Shown here piece by piece: positions 34,097-43,286 of a stretch of DNA of 64,000 nucleotides (the stretch's first letter is position 1; each line of letters opens with the position of its first letter). A model generated the notes under the pieces. It ran no database searches and was not told where the DNA came from. It saw nothing but the letters and a program-made list of their open reading frames with translations. The DNA is from a bacterium. GTDB lineage: Bacteria; 4484-113; JAFGCY01. The stretch is from positions 20,267-84,266 of the forward strand of contig JAFGCY010000011.1 in assembly GCA_016932385.1 (NCBI GenBank), read 5' to 3'. The position numbers and the translations under genes are program-made.

Positions 34097-35221
34097 ATGG
34101 TTACCGAAGTATTGGTGTGGCCAATAATGGTGGTTAGCGTCGTTGCTTTACTGCTGTTTATTGTCCTCTACCTCCAGCGTTTACACCGAGCTGCATACGA
34201 GTCATGGGAAATCAGGCAGCGCGAGCAGCTCCTGCCGCTTTTTCACGCATATATCAGTGGCGATGAAGCGCTCGAATCGTTCTGTCAGACGGCGCACAAG
34301 TCTCTACCGGTAGCTGAGAAACTCATCATCGAGTTCCTCTATGACCTGAAAGGCGAAAGCCGAGAGCGGCTGTTACAGGCTGTCCGCCACCTGGGCCTGG
34401 TCGACCGCGCCCTGCGTCAGCTGCAAAGCCATCGCTGGACGGTTCGCGATCTGGCTGCGATGCGATTGGGCGTGTATGCTCTCGAGGACACTGTTCCCGC
34501 CCTGACGGCGCTGCTATCCGATCCCCGTCACGAAGTGCGCTACACGTCGGCTCGGAGTCTTGGAATGATTCAGACGCCCGAGGCAGTAGATGCTCTGATT
34601 GAAATATTGAATTACCCGGAGATTGTTAACACGCCGCGTGTTCTGGAAATCGTCCAAAGCATGGACAACTTGGTCAACGAGCCGATCAAGCGCATGCTTT
34701 CCAGCCCTGAATACAACGTTGACGCCAAGCTGCTGGCGATCGACCTGGCCGGCGACACCAAGGACTACAGCATGGTCGACATGCTGTTGCAGGTCGTGCG
34801 GTCTTCACACAAGGAAAAAGTGGTCCGTGCTCTGAAATCCCTCGGCAAAATTGCGGCACCACAGGCGATCGACCAGGTCATCAAGTTGGCCGAGGACCGC
34901 CAGTGGGAGGTTCGCGCCCAGGCCCTTAAGGCGATCGGCCTGATCCAGATCGAAGAGGGGATACCGCTGCTTCTGGACAACCTGACGGACAGCTACTACT
35001 GGGTTCGTCACAACGCCGCCGAAGCACTGTCCGCTTTTGGTGACAAAGGCTACGAAGCCCTGGTTACCGCTCGGGACAGTGAAGACACATTCGCCAAGGA
35101 TATTGCCCATTATTATCTGAGCCGGATGAACAACTCCAACGGCAACCGCTTGGGGAGCAATGGAAATGAGGTCGCTGGCCACCAGGAGCAAAACCGGCTG
35201 GCCACGTCGGAGAGCACGTAA
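34097..35221 (+). CDS. Membrane-anchored HEAT-repeat protein
   Basis: N-terminal TM (VLVWPIMVVSVVALLLFIVLYL). Repeated HEAT units (DPRHEVRYTSARSLG, WEVRAQALKAIG, YWVRHNAAEALSAFG). Confidence 0.75.
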   Translation: MVTEVLVWPIMVVSVVALLLFIVLYLQRLHRAAYESWEIRQREQLLPLFHAYISGDEALESFCQTAHKSLPVAEKLIIEFLYDLKGESRERLLQAVRHLGLVDRALRQLQSHRWTVRDLAAMRLGVYALEDTVPALTALLSDPRHEVRYTSARSLGMIQTPEAVDALIEILNYPEIVNTPRVLEIVQSMDNLVNEPIKRMLSSPEYNVDAKLLAIDLAGDTKDYSMVDMLLQVVRSSHKEKVVRALKSLGKIAAPQAIDQVIKLAEDRQWEVRAQALKAIGLIQIEEGIPLLLDNLTDSYYWVRHNAAEALSAFGDKGYEALVTARDSEDTFAKDIAHYYLSRMNNSNGNRLGSNGNEVAGHQEQNRLATSEST

Positions 35222-35267
35222 TGTTTGGCCTTGAAACGACCACAGGCGGTAGGCCAGGAGTCCGATA

Positions 35268-36707
35268 ATGTGGGAAGGCGATGTAATTGGTGGCTATGGT
35301 GTAGTCGTAGTTCTCTGGCTGTCCGGTTTTTTCATTTTCTACTTCATCGTGCTGGACATCTGTTACTTGCTGTTCATCGGCGTCGGCATGCTCAACCTGC
35401 GCAAGTACAACCATTACACCAAGGTTGTGGACTTCCGGGCGTTGTTGAAAACATCCCTGACCAAACCGATCAGCATTCTGGTTCCCGCTTATAACGAAGA
35501 GGCCAATATCCTTGAGACCGTTCGATCGCTGCTGATCCTGCACTACCCGCAGTTTGAGGTCATCGTCATCAACGACGGCAGTGACGACGCGACACTGCAA
35601 AAACTGCTCGACGAGTATGACCTGGTCGCGCGCCCGCGCGTCTACCAGCGGCAGATCAGCACAAAGCAGATCTACTCAATCTACGAAAGCGCCCATTACC
35701 CGAACCTGGTAGTCATTGACAAGGAGCACGCCGGCAAAAGTGACTCGCTCAATGTCGGTATCAACGTCAGCAAATACCCGTACTTTTGCACGCTGGATGC
35801 GGATACGATCCTGGAATCCGACGCGCTGCTCAAGATGATCCGCCCGTTCATCGAGCATCCGGATACGATGGTCGCCGTCGGCGGTATCGTCCGCGTCGCC
35901 AACAACTGCATCGTGGAATACGGCCGAGTCAAAGAGATCAACCTGCCCACCGGCTGGTGGGCGCTGACCCAGGTCGTGGAATACCTGCAGGCCTTTCTAG
36001 CCAGCCGGATCGCCTTCAGTGAGCTGTCGATGGTGCTCCTGATCTCCGGTGCGTTCGCGCTGTTCCACAAAGGCGCGGTGATCGAGGCCAAGGGCTATCG
36101 CACGGACACCATCGGCGAGGATATGGAGCTGGTCGTCCGGATGAACCGGATCCTCAGGCAGAAGCGGCGCGTCTACAAGATGGCCTTTATTCCCGAGCCC
36201 GCCTGCTGGACGGAAGTTCCGACGGATGCCGCCAGCCTGGGCCGTCAGCGTCGGCGCTGGCAAAAGGGCCTGGTGGACAGCCTGCGTTTCAACGCGGAAA
36301 TGCTGTTCAATCCGCGCTATGGCCGCCTGGGCATGTTCGCGATGCCCTACTACCTGCTGTTTGAACTGGCCGGGCCGATTGTCGAGTTGTTCGGATATGC
36401 GCTGATGATCATTTTCCTCCTGGCGGGCGTGTTGTCCTGGTATTGGGCTTTGCTGTTCTTCTTGGTCAGCGTTGCCTTTGGATTCCTGTTCAGTGTGAGT
36501 ACGATCATTCTCGAGGAATTGAGTTTCCACCGTTACCCGCGTCGCAGCGATCTGCTGGGCTTATTGTGGGGCGGGTTCCTCTATAACTTCGGATTCCGGC
36601 AGCTGAATGCTATCTGGCGCACATTCGCCACCCTGGAATACCTGGGTGGTTTTCGCTTCTGGGGCAAGGTCAGGCGGACCGGTTTCCGTACCGAGACCTC
36701 AAGCTAG
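35268..36707 (+). CDS. Processive family-2 glycosyltransferase (PgaC/BcsA-like synthase)
   Basis: VPAYNEE, VINDGSDD, LDADT, GEDMEL and the QxxRW motif (QRRRWQKG). TM helices flank the catalytic domain. Confidence 0.85.
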   Translation: MWEGDVIGGYGVVVVLWLSGFFIFYFIVLDICYLLFIGVGMLNLRKYNHYTKVVDFRALLKTSLTKPISILVPAYNEEANILETVRSLLILHYPQFEVIVINDGSDDATLQKLLDEYDLVARPRVYQRQISTKQIYSIYESAHYPNLVVIDKEHAGKSDSLNVGINVSKYPYFCTLDADTILESDALLKMIRPFIEHPDTMVAVGGIVRVANNCIVEYGRVKEINLPTGWWALTQVVEYLQAFLASRIAFSELSMVLLISGAFALFHKGAVIEAKGYRTDTIGEDMELVVRMNRILRQKRRVYKMAFIPEPACWTEVPTDAASLGRQRRRWQKGLVDSLRFNAEMLFNPRYGRLGMFAMPYYLLFELAGPIVELFGYALMIIFLLAGVLSWYWALLFFLVSVAFGFLFSVSTIILEELSFHRYPRRSDLLGLLWGGFLYNFGFRQLNAIWRTFATLEYLGGFRFWGKVRRTGFRTETSS

Positions 36708-36760
36708 CGGGAGTCGATAGCGTAACCTAATATATATATGGTATTAATTGCATAGATACA

Positions 36761-38437
36761 ATGGTAGATAAAACACCAATTGGCGAGTATGCGGTATCGG
36801 ACGATCCCCAGCATGGGGACATTATGTTGGTCCCGCCGCCGGACCGCGCACTACCAGACAAGCTCGACAGAGCCTTGGCCGCCGCCCGTGAGGAGTTGCG
36901 CCGCCGTCATTGGTTGGTTGCCGTGGTCTCATCGCGGCGGTTCTGGTTCATCATTGCGCTGATCTTGGTTTCCGCGGCGGCGATTACCATCCCCTGGTAT
37001 AGCTGGTACCTGGCCCCCAACCTGGATCTAAACATTGCCATCGTCGATAAAACGGCACCCTTTAAGTCCCAGCGCGAGCACCGCGGGTTGTTTTGGCTGC
37101 TTGGTCAGAACAAATTTGTCGACACCAGGTTTGAGGACGAACTGCGCTGGTACGATTACGAAAACGATTACATCGGTTTCTACCCCCCTGATCAGGATAC
37201 GATCAAAATCGAACCGGAGGAAGAGCCAACGGAGCCGGAGGAACAGGCTGTGGCCGGCGGCAGCGGGGTTGCTTATGCCAGCGAAACGCCACAGCTGACC
37301 GAAGATATGAACGCAGGCGATCCGGCCGAAGATCCCTCTGGCGGCAACGAGGAATCCGTCGTCACGGAGGAAGAGGAAGCTCCGCAAAACATGGCTGTCT
37401 ACGGCAACTGGACGACTCAGTTGCTGCTGCCGGAGCGGATCTACGACCGGGACGTGCTTTACATTGCCGACACCTACGGCGTCTATACCGGTGACTACCT
37501 GGAAAACGCCGGCATGGAAGTCGAGCACAGCCAGCGGATTTTCGGCGGGTTCGAAGAGCAGGAAGTCGAGGCCATCGAGTGGTTCGCCCAACAGGGCCGG
37601 CTGCTCATCGGCGAGTTCAACTGTTTCGCCTCGCCAACCAACGAGGAACTGCGCAAGCGGATGGAGCACATCTACGGCATCACGTGGAAGCGTTGGACCG
37701 GACGTTATTTCATCAATTTCGCCGACTCCACCGATGTGCCTTACTGGCTGCTCAAACGCTGGGAAGAGGAGAACGGGCGTCCCTGGGACCTCGAAGGCCC
37801 GGGCTATTTATTGGTCCATGAGGACTCCGAAGATTACATCCTGTTAAGGGAAGGTATCGAGATCAACCGCCGCGGCGTCGAGATGTACCCCCTGCCGCAG
37901 TATGCGGATCTCGACGTTATGCAGGGCGTGAAGAACTGCACGTTCTGCTATTGGTTTGACATCATTGAGGCGCAGGAAGGAACCGAAGTCCTGGCAGAGT
38001 ACGATTGCCACCTGACGATCACCGGCCGGGCTCTGCTGGCCCAGCGTGGTCTGAAGTCCGTATTCCCGGCGGTCACGCGCAAGCGCGACATCTTCGTTCC
38101 CCTGGGCGAGGAAACCGTCGAAATCGAAACCGCCGACGAACCGCAGTACATGACCGCCGCCCGGCATGAAGCCCAGCGACGGGCCGCGGCCCGTTCCAGC
38201 GACCGCGAGTACTTGGCCTATTACCTGGCCGGCGACATGTGCGACTACGATCGCGACATGGGCCCGTCACACACGCGGCTGACCATGTACATCAACCGCA
38301 GCTTCTATGAGCAACCGGTGGTCGGCAGCCATGGATTCTTCTTCTGGCACACGTACTATCCACTGGTTACCAACATCCTGCGGGCGGAGTCCAACCGGTT
38401 GACCGGGCGACCGGACAATGTCTATTTGTTCAAGTAA
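36761..38437 (+). CDS. Single-pass membrane protein, hypothetical (EPS-cluster associated)
   Basis: 558 aa. One TM (FWFIIALILVSAAAITIPWY), an acidic E/P-rich linker, and a large W/Y-rich extracytoplasmic domain. No family recognised. Confidence 0.6.
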   Translation: MVDKTPIGEYAVSDDPQHGDIMLVPPPDRALPDKLDRALAAAREELRRRHWLVAVVSSRRFWFIIALILVSAAAITIPWYSWYLAPNLDLNIAIVDKTAPFKSQREHRGLFWLLGQNKFVDTRFEDELRWYDYENDYIGFYPPDQDTIKIEPEEEPTEPEEQAVAGGSGVAYASETPQLTEDMNAGDPAEDPSGGNEESVVTEEEEAPQNMAVYGNWTTQLLLPERIYDRDVLYIADTYGVYTGDYLENAGMEVEHSQRIFGGFEEQEVEAIEWFAQQGRLLIGEFNCFASPTNEELRKRMEHIYGITWKRWTGRYFINFADSTDVPYWLLKRWEEENGRPWDLEGPGYLLVHEDSEDYILLREGIEINRRGVEMYPLPQYADLDVMQGVKNCTFCYWFDIIEAQEGTEVLAEYDCHLTITGRALLAQRGLKSVFPAVTRKRDIFVPLGEETVEIETADEPQYMTAARHEAQRRAAARSSDREYLAYYLAGDMCDYDRDMGPSHTRLTMYINRSFYEQPVVGSHGFFFWHTYYPLVTNILRAESNRLTGRPDNVYLFK

Positions 38438-38457
38438 ATTGGACTAGCCGCTCAGGC

Positions 38458-39654
38458 ATGCCGAACCCTATACTGCTAGCCGTGTTCGCGTCGCTAACTG
38501 CACCGTTCTCCCGGTTGAGTTGCTGGTGGCTGCTGCTGGCGTTGCTCCTGGCTGGCCCGGCCATTGCCCAGGATGAAGTATCACCCGTGGCCAGCGCGCA
38601 CGCGAGGATGGATGAGGAGCAGTGCATCAGGGACGCCTGGCCCGGCCGGCCGGTAGTCAATGGCGTTTTTCTTTCGCATGGTTATTGGCAACCGCAAGAA
38701 GTTGAAGAACTGATGGCGGAGCTGGAAAGCCTGGGAGTCGACTTGGTGCTCGACTACGCCCTGATCCCACCGGAAGACGACACCTGGCAATGGGCCTTTA
38801 ACAGCTATCTGGACAGCGCCGAGGAGCACGGCATTCGCGTCGCGTTCTACCTGGCACCGGCGCTGTACGGCGCTACGCCGGAAACGGCTGATGAGTATCT
38901 GCAACGGACAGTCGACGTGGTGGCGGCGCTCAAGTACCACCCCGCCATTTCCGCCTGGTATGTGCATGATGAAGTACTGCCGCTGATCTCGGGCGAGGGC
39001 GGTACGGTGCATTACACCTTGACCCTGCAACAGATGGAACAGCTGTACCAGCGGATCAAGATCGAGGATCCCAGCCGACCGCAACTCAACGTTTGGTCCC
39101 AGTTGCCGACCTGGAACGGGTTTAACCGAATCTTCCAGGAGGAGCACCTGCCCTACGGCCGGCCGGACTGGTTGGCTGAACCGTTCGGATACGAAGCAGC
39201 CATGCGGATGCTGGTCCGCCAGACCTGCGACTGGGTGCTGGTCGACAGCTACCCTTTGGGCGCGCACTGGCGCGGCAGCGATGACGGACGCACCAACGAA
39301 GCCCATGTCGCGGAAATCGTGCGCCGCGCGCATCGCCTGCGCAACCGCCAGCAACCGCTGATTTTCGTCTACCAGGCGTTTTCCTGGGCGCAATATGGAA
39401 CAAACGGTCCGGAGGCGGCTCCCTTCCCGCGATTCGAGGACATGCGTACCATGCTGGTCAGCGCCTGGCGGAACGGAGCCGACGGCGCTGTCGCCTATTC
39501 CTGGTTCGACCTGACGAAAGACATCCCCGGCCACAATGTGCCCGGCCGCGAGGCCTGCCTGGCGGACTTGCGCGAGGTGCTTAGCTGCCTGGGCCGCTGG
39601 GGCTGGCCCGAGGACAAGTCAAGCCTGCCCTACCAAGCGATCACGCGCTGGTAG
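38458..39654 (+). CDS. Secreted protein, possibly glycoside-hydrolase-like TIM barrel
   Basis: Signal peptide ending PAIAQDE. Alternating beta/alpha pattern with acidic motifs (WYVHDEV, LVDSYP). The function call is weak. Confidence 0.45.
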   Translation: MPNPILLAVFASLTAPFSRLSCWWLLLALLLAGPAIAQDEVSPVASAHARMDEEQCIRDAWPGRPVVNGVFLSHGYWQPQEVEELMAELESLGVDLVLDYALIPPEDDTWQWAFNSYLDSAEEHGIRVAFYLAPALYGATPETADEYLQRTVDVVAALKYHPAISAWYVHDEVLPLISGEGGTVHYTLTLQQMEQLYQRIKIEDPSRPQLNVWSQLPTWNGFNRIFQEEHLPYGRPDWLAEPFGYEAAMRMLVRQTCDWVLVDSYPLGAHWRGSDDGRTNEAHVAEIVRRAHRLRNRQQPLIFVYQAFSWAQYGTNGPEAAPFPRFEDMRTMLVSAWRNGADGAVAYSWFDLTKDIPGHNVPGREACLADLREVLSCLGRWGWPEDKSSLPYQAITRW

Positions 39655-39660
39655 GCGTGG

Positions 39661-40551
39661 CTATTCCTTGATGTAAGCCTTGATGATGAAATCGGCATCA
39701 GGATAGGCCCGCTTGAAGCGTTCCAGGCCCTCCGGCGTCGCCAGGCCGCGCTGGTCGGCCCATTCACAGCCGTACAGCTTCATCGCCACATCCTCAAAGC
39801 CCTCGACAACCTTGCCGAAACAGGAGAATCCATCGGCATCCAGGCGCGAGTTGTCGCCGTAATTGATGAAGATCTGCGTGGTGCGGTTGTTCGGCAGACC
39901 CGGCTTGGCATAGGACAGATAGGTCGGGAGGTTGCCCTGGACCACCGGCTCGTCCTTGATCTTCTCTTCGCCCCACTTCCTGCTCAGCTCGGGATCGGCG
40001 GAAAGGCCGAACTGCGCGACGAAGCCCGGAATCACGCGGAAGAACGGCGTGTTGTCATAGTAGCCGTCCCGGACCAGCTCCAGGAAATGCGGAGCGCCGA
40101 TCGGCGACCATTCCTCATGGACCTCGATAACCATATTGCCTTTGGTGGTTTCAAACACGACCGTAGTCACGCTGCCAGCTTTTGTATCTTCAGTCACTGC
40201 CTCATCCTGCTCCTTGTTAGTCTCTCCGGCGCCATCTTCAGCGACCATGTCAGCCTCGCCAGTTTCCGTATCCTCACCCGTGGTTTCATCACCGGCGGCA
40301 GCTTCGCCTTCAGCCGCAGCCTCAGCCTGCTCATCCGCAGTCTCGCCGACCACGGTGCCCGCCGGATTCGGCGTTTCGTCAACCGCCACATCGCCCTTTG
40401 TCATGTCGGTAGCGGTGTTGCCCTTGTTCGCGGAAGCGGCGTTTGCCGCGTTATTGGTAGCCAGATCCGTGGATCCGCCATCGCGCGGGCAACCGGCCAG
40501 CACGAACAGCGTGATCAAACCAAATAACAACAGCGTCCAACCGTATTTCAT
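39661..40551 (-). CDS. Cyclophilin-type peptidyl-prolyl isomerase lipoprotein with acidic low-complexity linker
   Basis: Lipobox LFVLAGC. A-, E-, T- and G-rich linker. The cyclophilin core is FETTKGNMVIEV..APHFLELVRDGYYDNTPFFRVIPGFVAQFG. Confidence 0.85.
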   Translation of the reverse strand: MKYGWTLLLFGLITLFVLAGCPRDGGSTDLATNNAANAASANKGNTATDMTKGDVAVDETPNPAGTVVGETADEQAEAAAEGEAAAGDETTGEDTETGEADMVAEDGAGETNKEQDEAVTEDTKAGSVTTVVFETTKGNMVIEVHEEWSPIGAPHFLELVRDGYYDNTPFFRVIPGFVAQFGLSADPELSRKWGEEKIKDEPVVQGNLPTYLSYAKPGLPNNRTTQIFINYGDNSRLDADGFSCFGKVVEGFEDVAMKLYGCEWADQRGLATPEGLERFKRAYPDADFIIKAYIKE

Positions 40552-40634
40552 GGGTACTCCTCCGTAGCGGCGGAATTAGTTCCGCCTTGCCTCAGCAATT
40601 GCGACAAACAAAAATTTTAGCATAAGCAGCTGCG

Positions 40635-40663
40635 TTGACGCTGTCTAGCCCACGCCTTATAAT
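40635..40663 (+). promoter_or_regulatory. Predicted sigma70-type promoter of purA
   Basis: -35 TTGACG (40635-40640), 17-nt spacer, -10 TATAAT (40658-40663). Confidence 0.5.
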
Positions 40664-40713
40664 AAGTTTTTAAAAGTGCCGAGTAGTTAATTCAAATGCA
40701 CAGGGGGCCGCCC

Positions 40714-41982
40714 ATGAGTGTGACCGCCGTTGTTGGTGCCCAGTGGGGTGACGAAGGTAAGGGCAAGCTCGCGCATATCCTGGGAAGCAGCCACGACCTG
40801 ATTCTGCGCTATCAGGGAGGCAGCAATGCCGGGCATACGGTCATTGCCGACGGCACCACCTACAAGTTCAAGTTGATCCCCAGCGGCATTTTGCATGAGG
40901 GTAAACTCAACCTGCTCTGTGACGGCGTCGTGGTCAATGTGCTGACCCTGGCGGAGGAAATCACCGGCCTGCGCGAACGCAACCAGTTCCGCGGCGAGCT
41001 GCTGATCAGCCGCCACGCCCATCTGGTCCTGCCGCTGCACTGCATGCAGGATGTGTACTTCGAGGAAGCCAAGGGTAAACGGGCCATCGGCACCACGCGC
41101 CGCGGTATCGGCCCGGCCTACGCGGACAAGTACTTTCGCGTCGGTTTGCGCGCGGGCGACATGCTTAAGGACAATTTCGGCCATCGCGTCCGCGAAATGG
41201 CCAGGCGCAAAAACGTGTTGTTCACCGGGTATTACGGCCAGGCCGAGGTCGATCCGGACCAGGTCTGGGCCCAGGTCGAACCGACGGTGGAAATTCTGGC
41301 ACCTTTGGTCGGCGATAGCACGAAGGTGGTGCGCCAGGCCCTGGCCGACGGCCGCAAGATTCTGTGCGAAGGTGCCCAGGGCACTCTGCTGGACATCGAT
41401 TACGGAACCTATCCGTATGTTACGAGCAGCCATCCGGTCTCCGGTGGGGCGCTGCTGGGCACCGGCCTGAGCTGGCGGGACCTGGACCGCGTCGTCGGCA
41501 TTTCCAAGGCATATACAACGCGGGTGGGCGCGGGGCCGTTCCCGACGGAGGATCTCGGCGAGGAGGGCGAACGGATGCGCGAGGCCGGCGCCGAGTACGG
41601 CACCGTCACCGGCCGGCCCCGGCGTTGCGGCTGGCTGGACCTGCCCTTGCTGAAGTACGCCTCCCAGCTCAGCGGGTTCACGGAATTGGCTCTGACCAAA
41701 ACCGACGTGCTGGACGACTTGGCGAAGATCAAGGTCTGCGTGGCCTACCAAAGCAACGGCGAAACGATCACCTGGCCGGACCTCGATCCGGATGTGCTGG
41801 AGAAATGCACACCGGTCTATGAGAACCTGACGGGTTGGGAAACCGCCACCACGGCGATCCGCCAGGAGGCGGACTTGCCGTCGGCCTTCAAGGACTATAT
41901 CCGGTTTATCGAGGACTATGTTGAGCTGCCGGTGTCCATCATCTCTGTCGGCGCCGATGCCACGGCGACTATCTTCCGCTAA
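40714..41982 (+). CDS. purA: Adenylosuccinate synthase
   Basis: MSVTAVVGAQWGDEGKGK, GGSNAGHT, TTRRGIGPAYADK, GAQGTLLDIDYGTYPYVTSS, TGRPRRCGWLD. Confidence 0.93.
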   Translation: MSVTAVVGAQWGDEGKGKLAHILGSSHDLILRYQGGSNAGHTVIADGTTYKFKLIPSGILHEGKLNLLCDGVVVNVLTLAEEITGLRERNQFRGELLISRHAHLVLPLHCMQDVYFEEAKGKRAIGTTRRGIGPAYADKYFRVGLRAGDMLKDNFGHRVREMARRKNVLFTGYYGQAEVDPDQVWAQVEPTVEILAPLVGDSTKVVRQALADGRKILCEGAQGTLLDIDYGTYPYVTSSHPVSGGALLGTGLSWRDLDRVVGISKAYTTRVGAGPFPTEDLGEEGERMREAGAEYGTVTGRPRRCGWLDLPLLKYASQLSGFTELALTKTDVLDDLAKIKVCVAYQSNGETITWPDLDPDVLEKCTPVYENLTGWETATTAIRQEADLPSAFKDYIRFIEDYVELPVSIISVGADATATIFR

Positions 41983-41983
41983 G

Positions 41984-42688
41984 ATGCGCGCACCGGTTGC
42001 GGTTCTGCTGTGCCTGCTCTGCGGTCTGCTGATCGCCGATTCCGGTGGAGCCCGAGCCGCCGATGCGTACAGCCCCGGTCTGGCTGAAGCCTCGGAGGTG
42101 ACCTGGCTGGGTGTGGCCCGTGTAGCCCTGGCGAATGCCGAGACCACGACCAACGCAACCGACCGGCGGCTGCAGCTGGCGACGGCGATCTACTCCCTGA
42201 CTGCGCTGTTGCAGTTGCATGGCAACCGCTGGGCCTTGGCCCCACTCCAGGCGGTCTATGCCGACCCGGACTGCCCAGACCTGCATGTCAGCTACAGCGC
42301 CGACGGGCGTCTGAGCTGGAGTATCGAGCCGTTGGAACTGCAAAATCCCATCTTCAGTGAGTACACGATCCTGCTTTGTACCTTCGAAAGCGCCACTGCC
42401 GACGACTTGTACCACGACGGGGATACGGCCATCGAGATCGCGTTGACAGATGGGCAGCTGATCGCCGCCGAGCCCCTGACCCCCGAACACCCCCTCTACG
42501 AGCAGCTGCAACGCCAAACAACCAGTTTTCACCCGCCGGCCGCCCTACCCGCCGGAGCCGGAATCGGCTTTAAACAGATATTTGCGGTGCCTGAGCTTAA
42601 CCGGAAGGCGATTTCAGCGGTATTATTGGAATGGGGCCAATACAAGCTGAAAATGCCTTACTACGAGAACGAGGTGGGTAGTGACTGA
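41984..42688 (+). CDS. Secreted hypothetical protein
   Basis: Start at ATG 41984 gives a signal peptide (MRAPVAVLLCLLCGLLIADSGGARA). No family recognised. Confidence 0.55.
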   Translation: MRAPVAVLLCLLCGLLIADSGGARAADAYSPGLAEASEVTWLGVARVALANAETTTNATDRRLQLATAIYSLTALLQLHGNRWALAPLQAVYADPDCPDLHVSYSADGRLSWSIEPLELQNPIFSEYTILLCTFESATADDLYHDGDTAIEIALTDGQLIAAEPLTPEHPLYEQLQRQTTSFHPPAALPAGAGIGFKQIFAVPELNRKAISAVLLEWGQYKLKMPYYENEVGSD

Positions 42689-43271
42689 CGAGATTCAAGG
42701 CAGCCAGTCGGAAGGAAACGTGGAAACAGCAGAAGCGCGCTTGTCGCCGGAAGCGCTACTGGAAACACTCAGCGCTCAGACAACTGAAGTCGCATTGTTC
42801 CCCGGTTCGATGCGCGAGGAGTGGTTCTTCTCCTACGACGTCTTGATGGAACAAGCTGCGATCAGCCGCTTTATTCAGAAGATGAATGTCTGCAAGGTGG
42901 TCAGCCTGCCGCACTACCGGCTGGTCTGGCCGTTCTATTACCCGCCGCAGGGCACGGCCCTGCCGTCGCTAGAACGCACCAACCAGTCCGAGGATGAGGT
43001 CTGGGGATTGATCTTCTCCTGCCGCGGCAAGGATTTCCGCGACCTGGAGCGCTTCCTGCGCGTGCCAAACCGCTACCACCGGTCAGCCATCCAGGTCCAG
43101 GATCGCGGCGGGCGTCGTTTCCCCGCCTTCACTTATGTCCTGTCACGGCAGGACGATGTGCCAAGCAAGCCCTCGGCTGAATACATCTCCAAGCTGATCG
43201 AAGTGGCCCGGGAACGCGAGTTGCCGGAAGCCTGGCTGGATCAGCTAGCCCAGGTCGAGGTTACCGGCTAG
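42681..43271 (+). CDS. Hypothetical protein, possibly gamma-glutamylcyclotransferase/AIG2-like fold
   Basis: GTG start overlaps the previous stop. WFFSYDVLM...GLIFSC...FTYV loosely resembles the GGCT-like YGS..../E.....Y pattern. Weak call. Confidence 0.4.
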   Translation: MTDEIQGSQSEGNVETAEARLSPEALLETLSAQTTEVALFPGSMREEWFFSYDVLMEQAAISRFIQKMNVCKVVSLPHYRLVWPFYYPPQGTALPSLERTNQSEDEVWGLIFSCRGKDFRDLERFLRVPNRYHRSAIQVQDRGGRRFPAFTYVLSRQDDVPSKPSAEYISKLIEVARERELPEAWLDQLAQVEVTG

Positions 43272-43286
43272 AACCGGCGCTATCGG

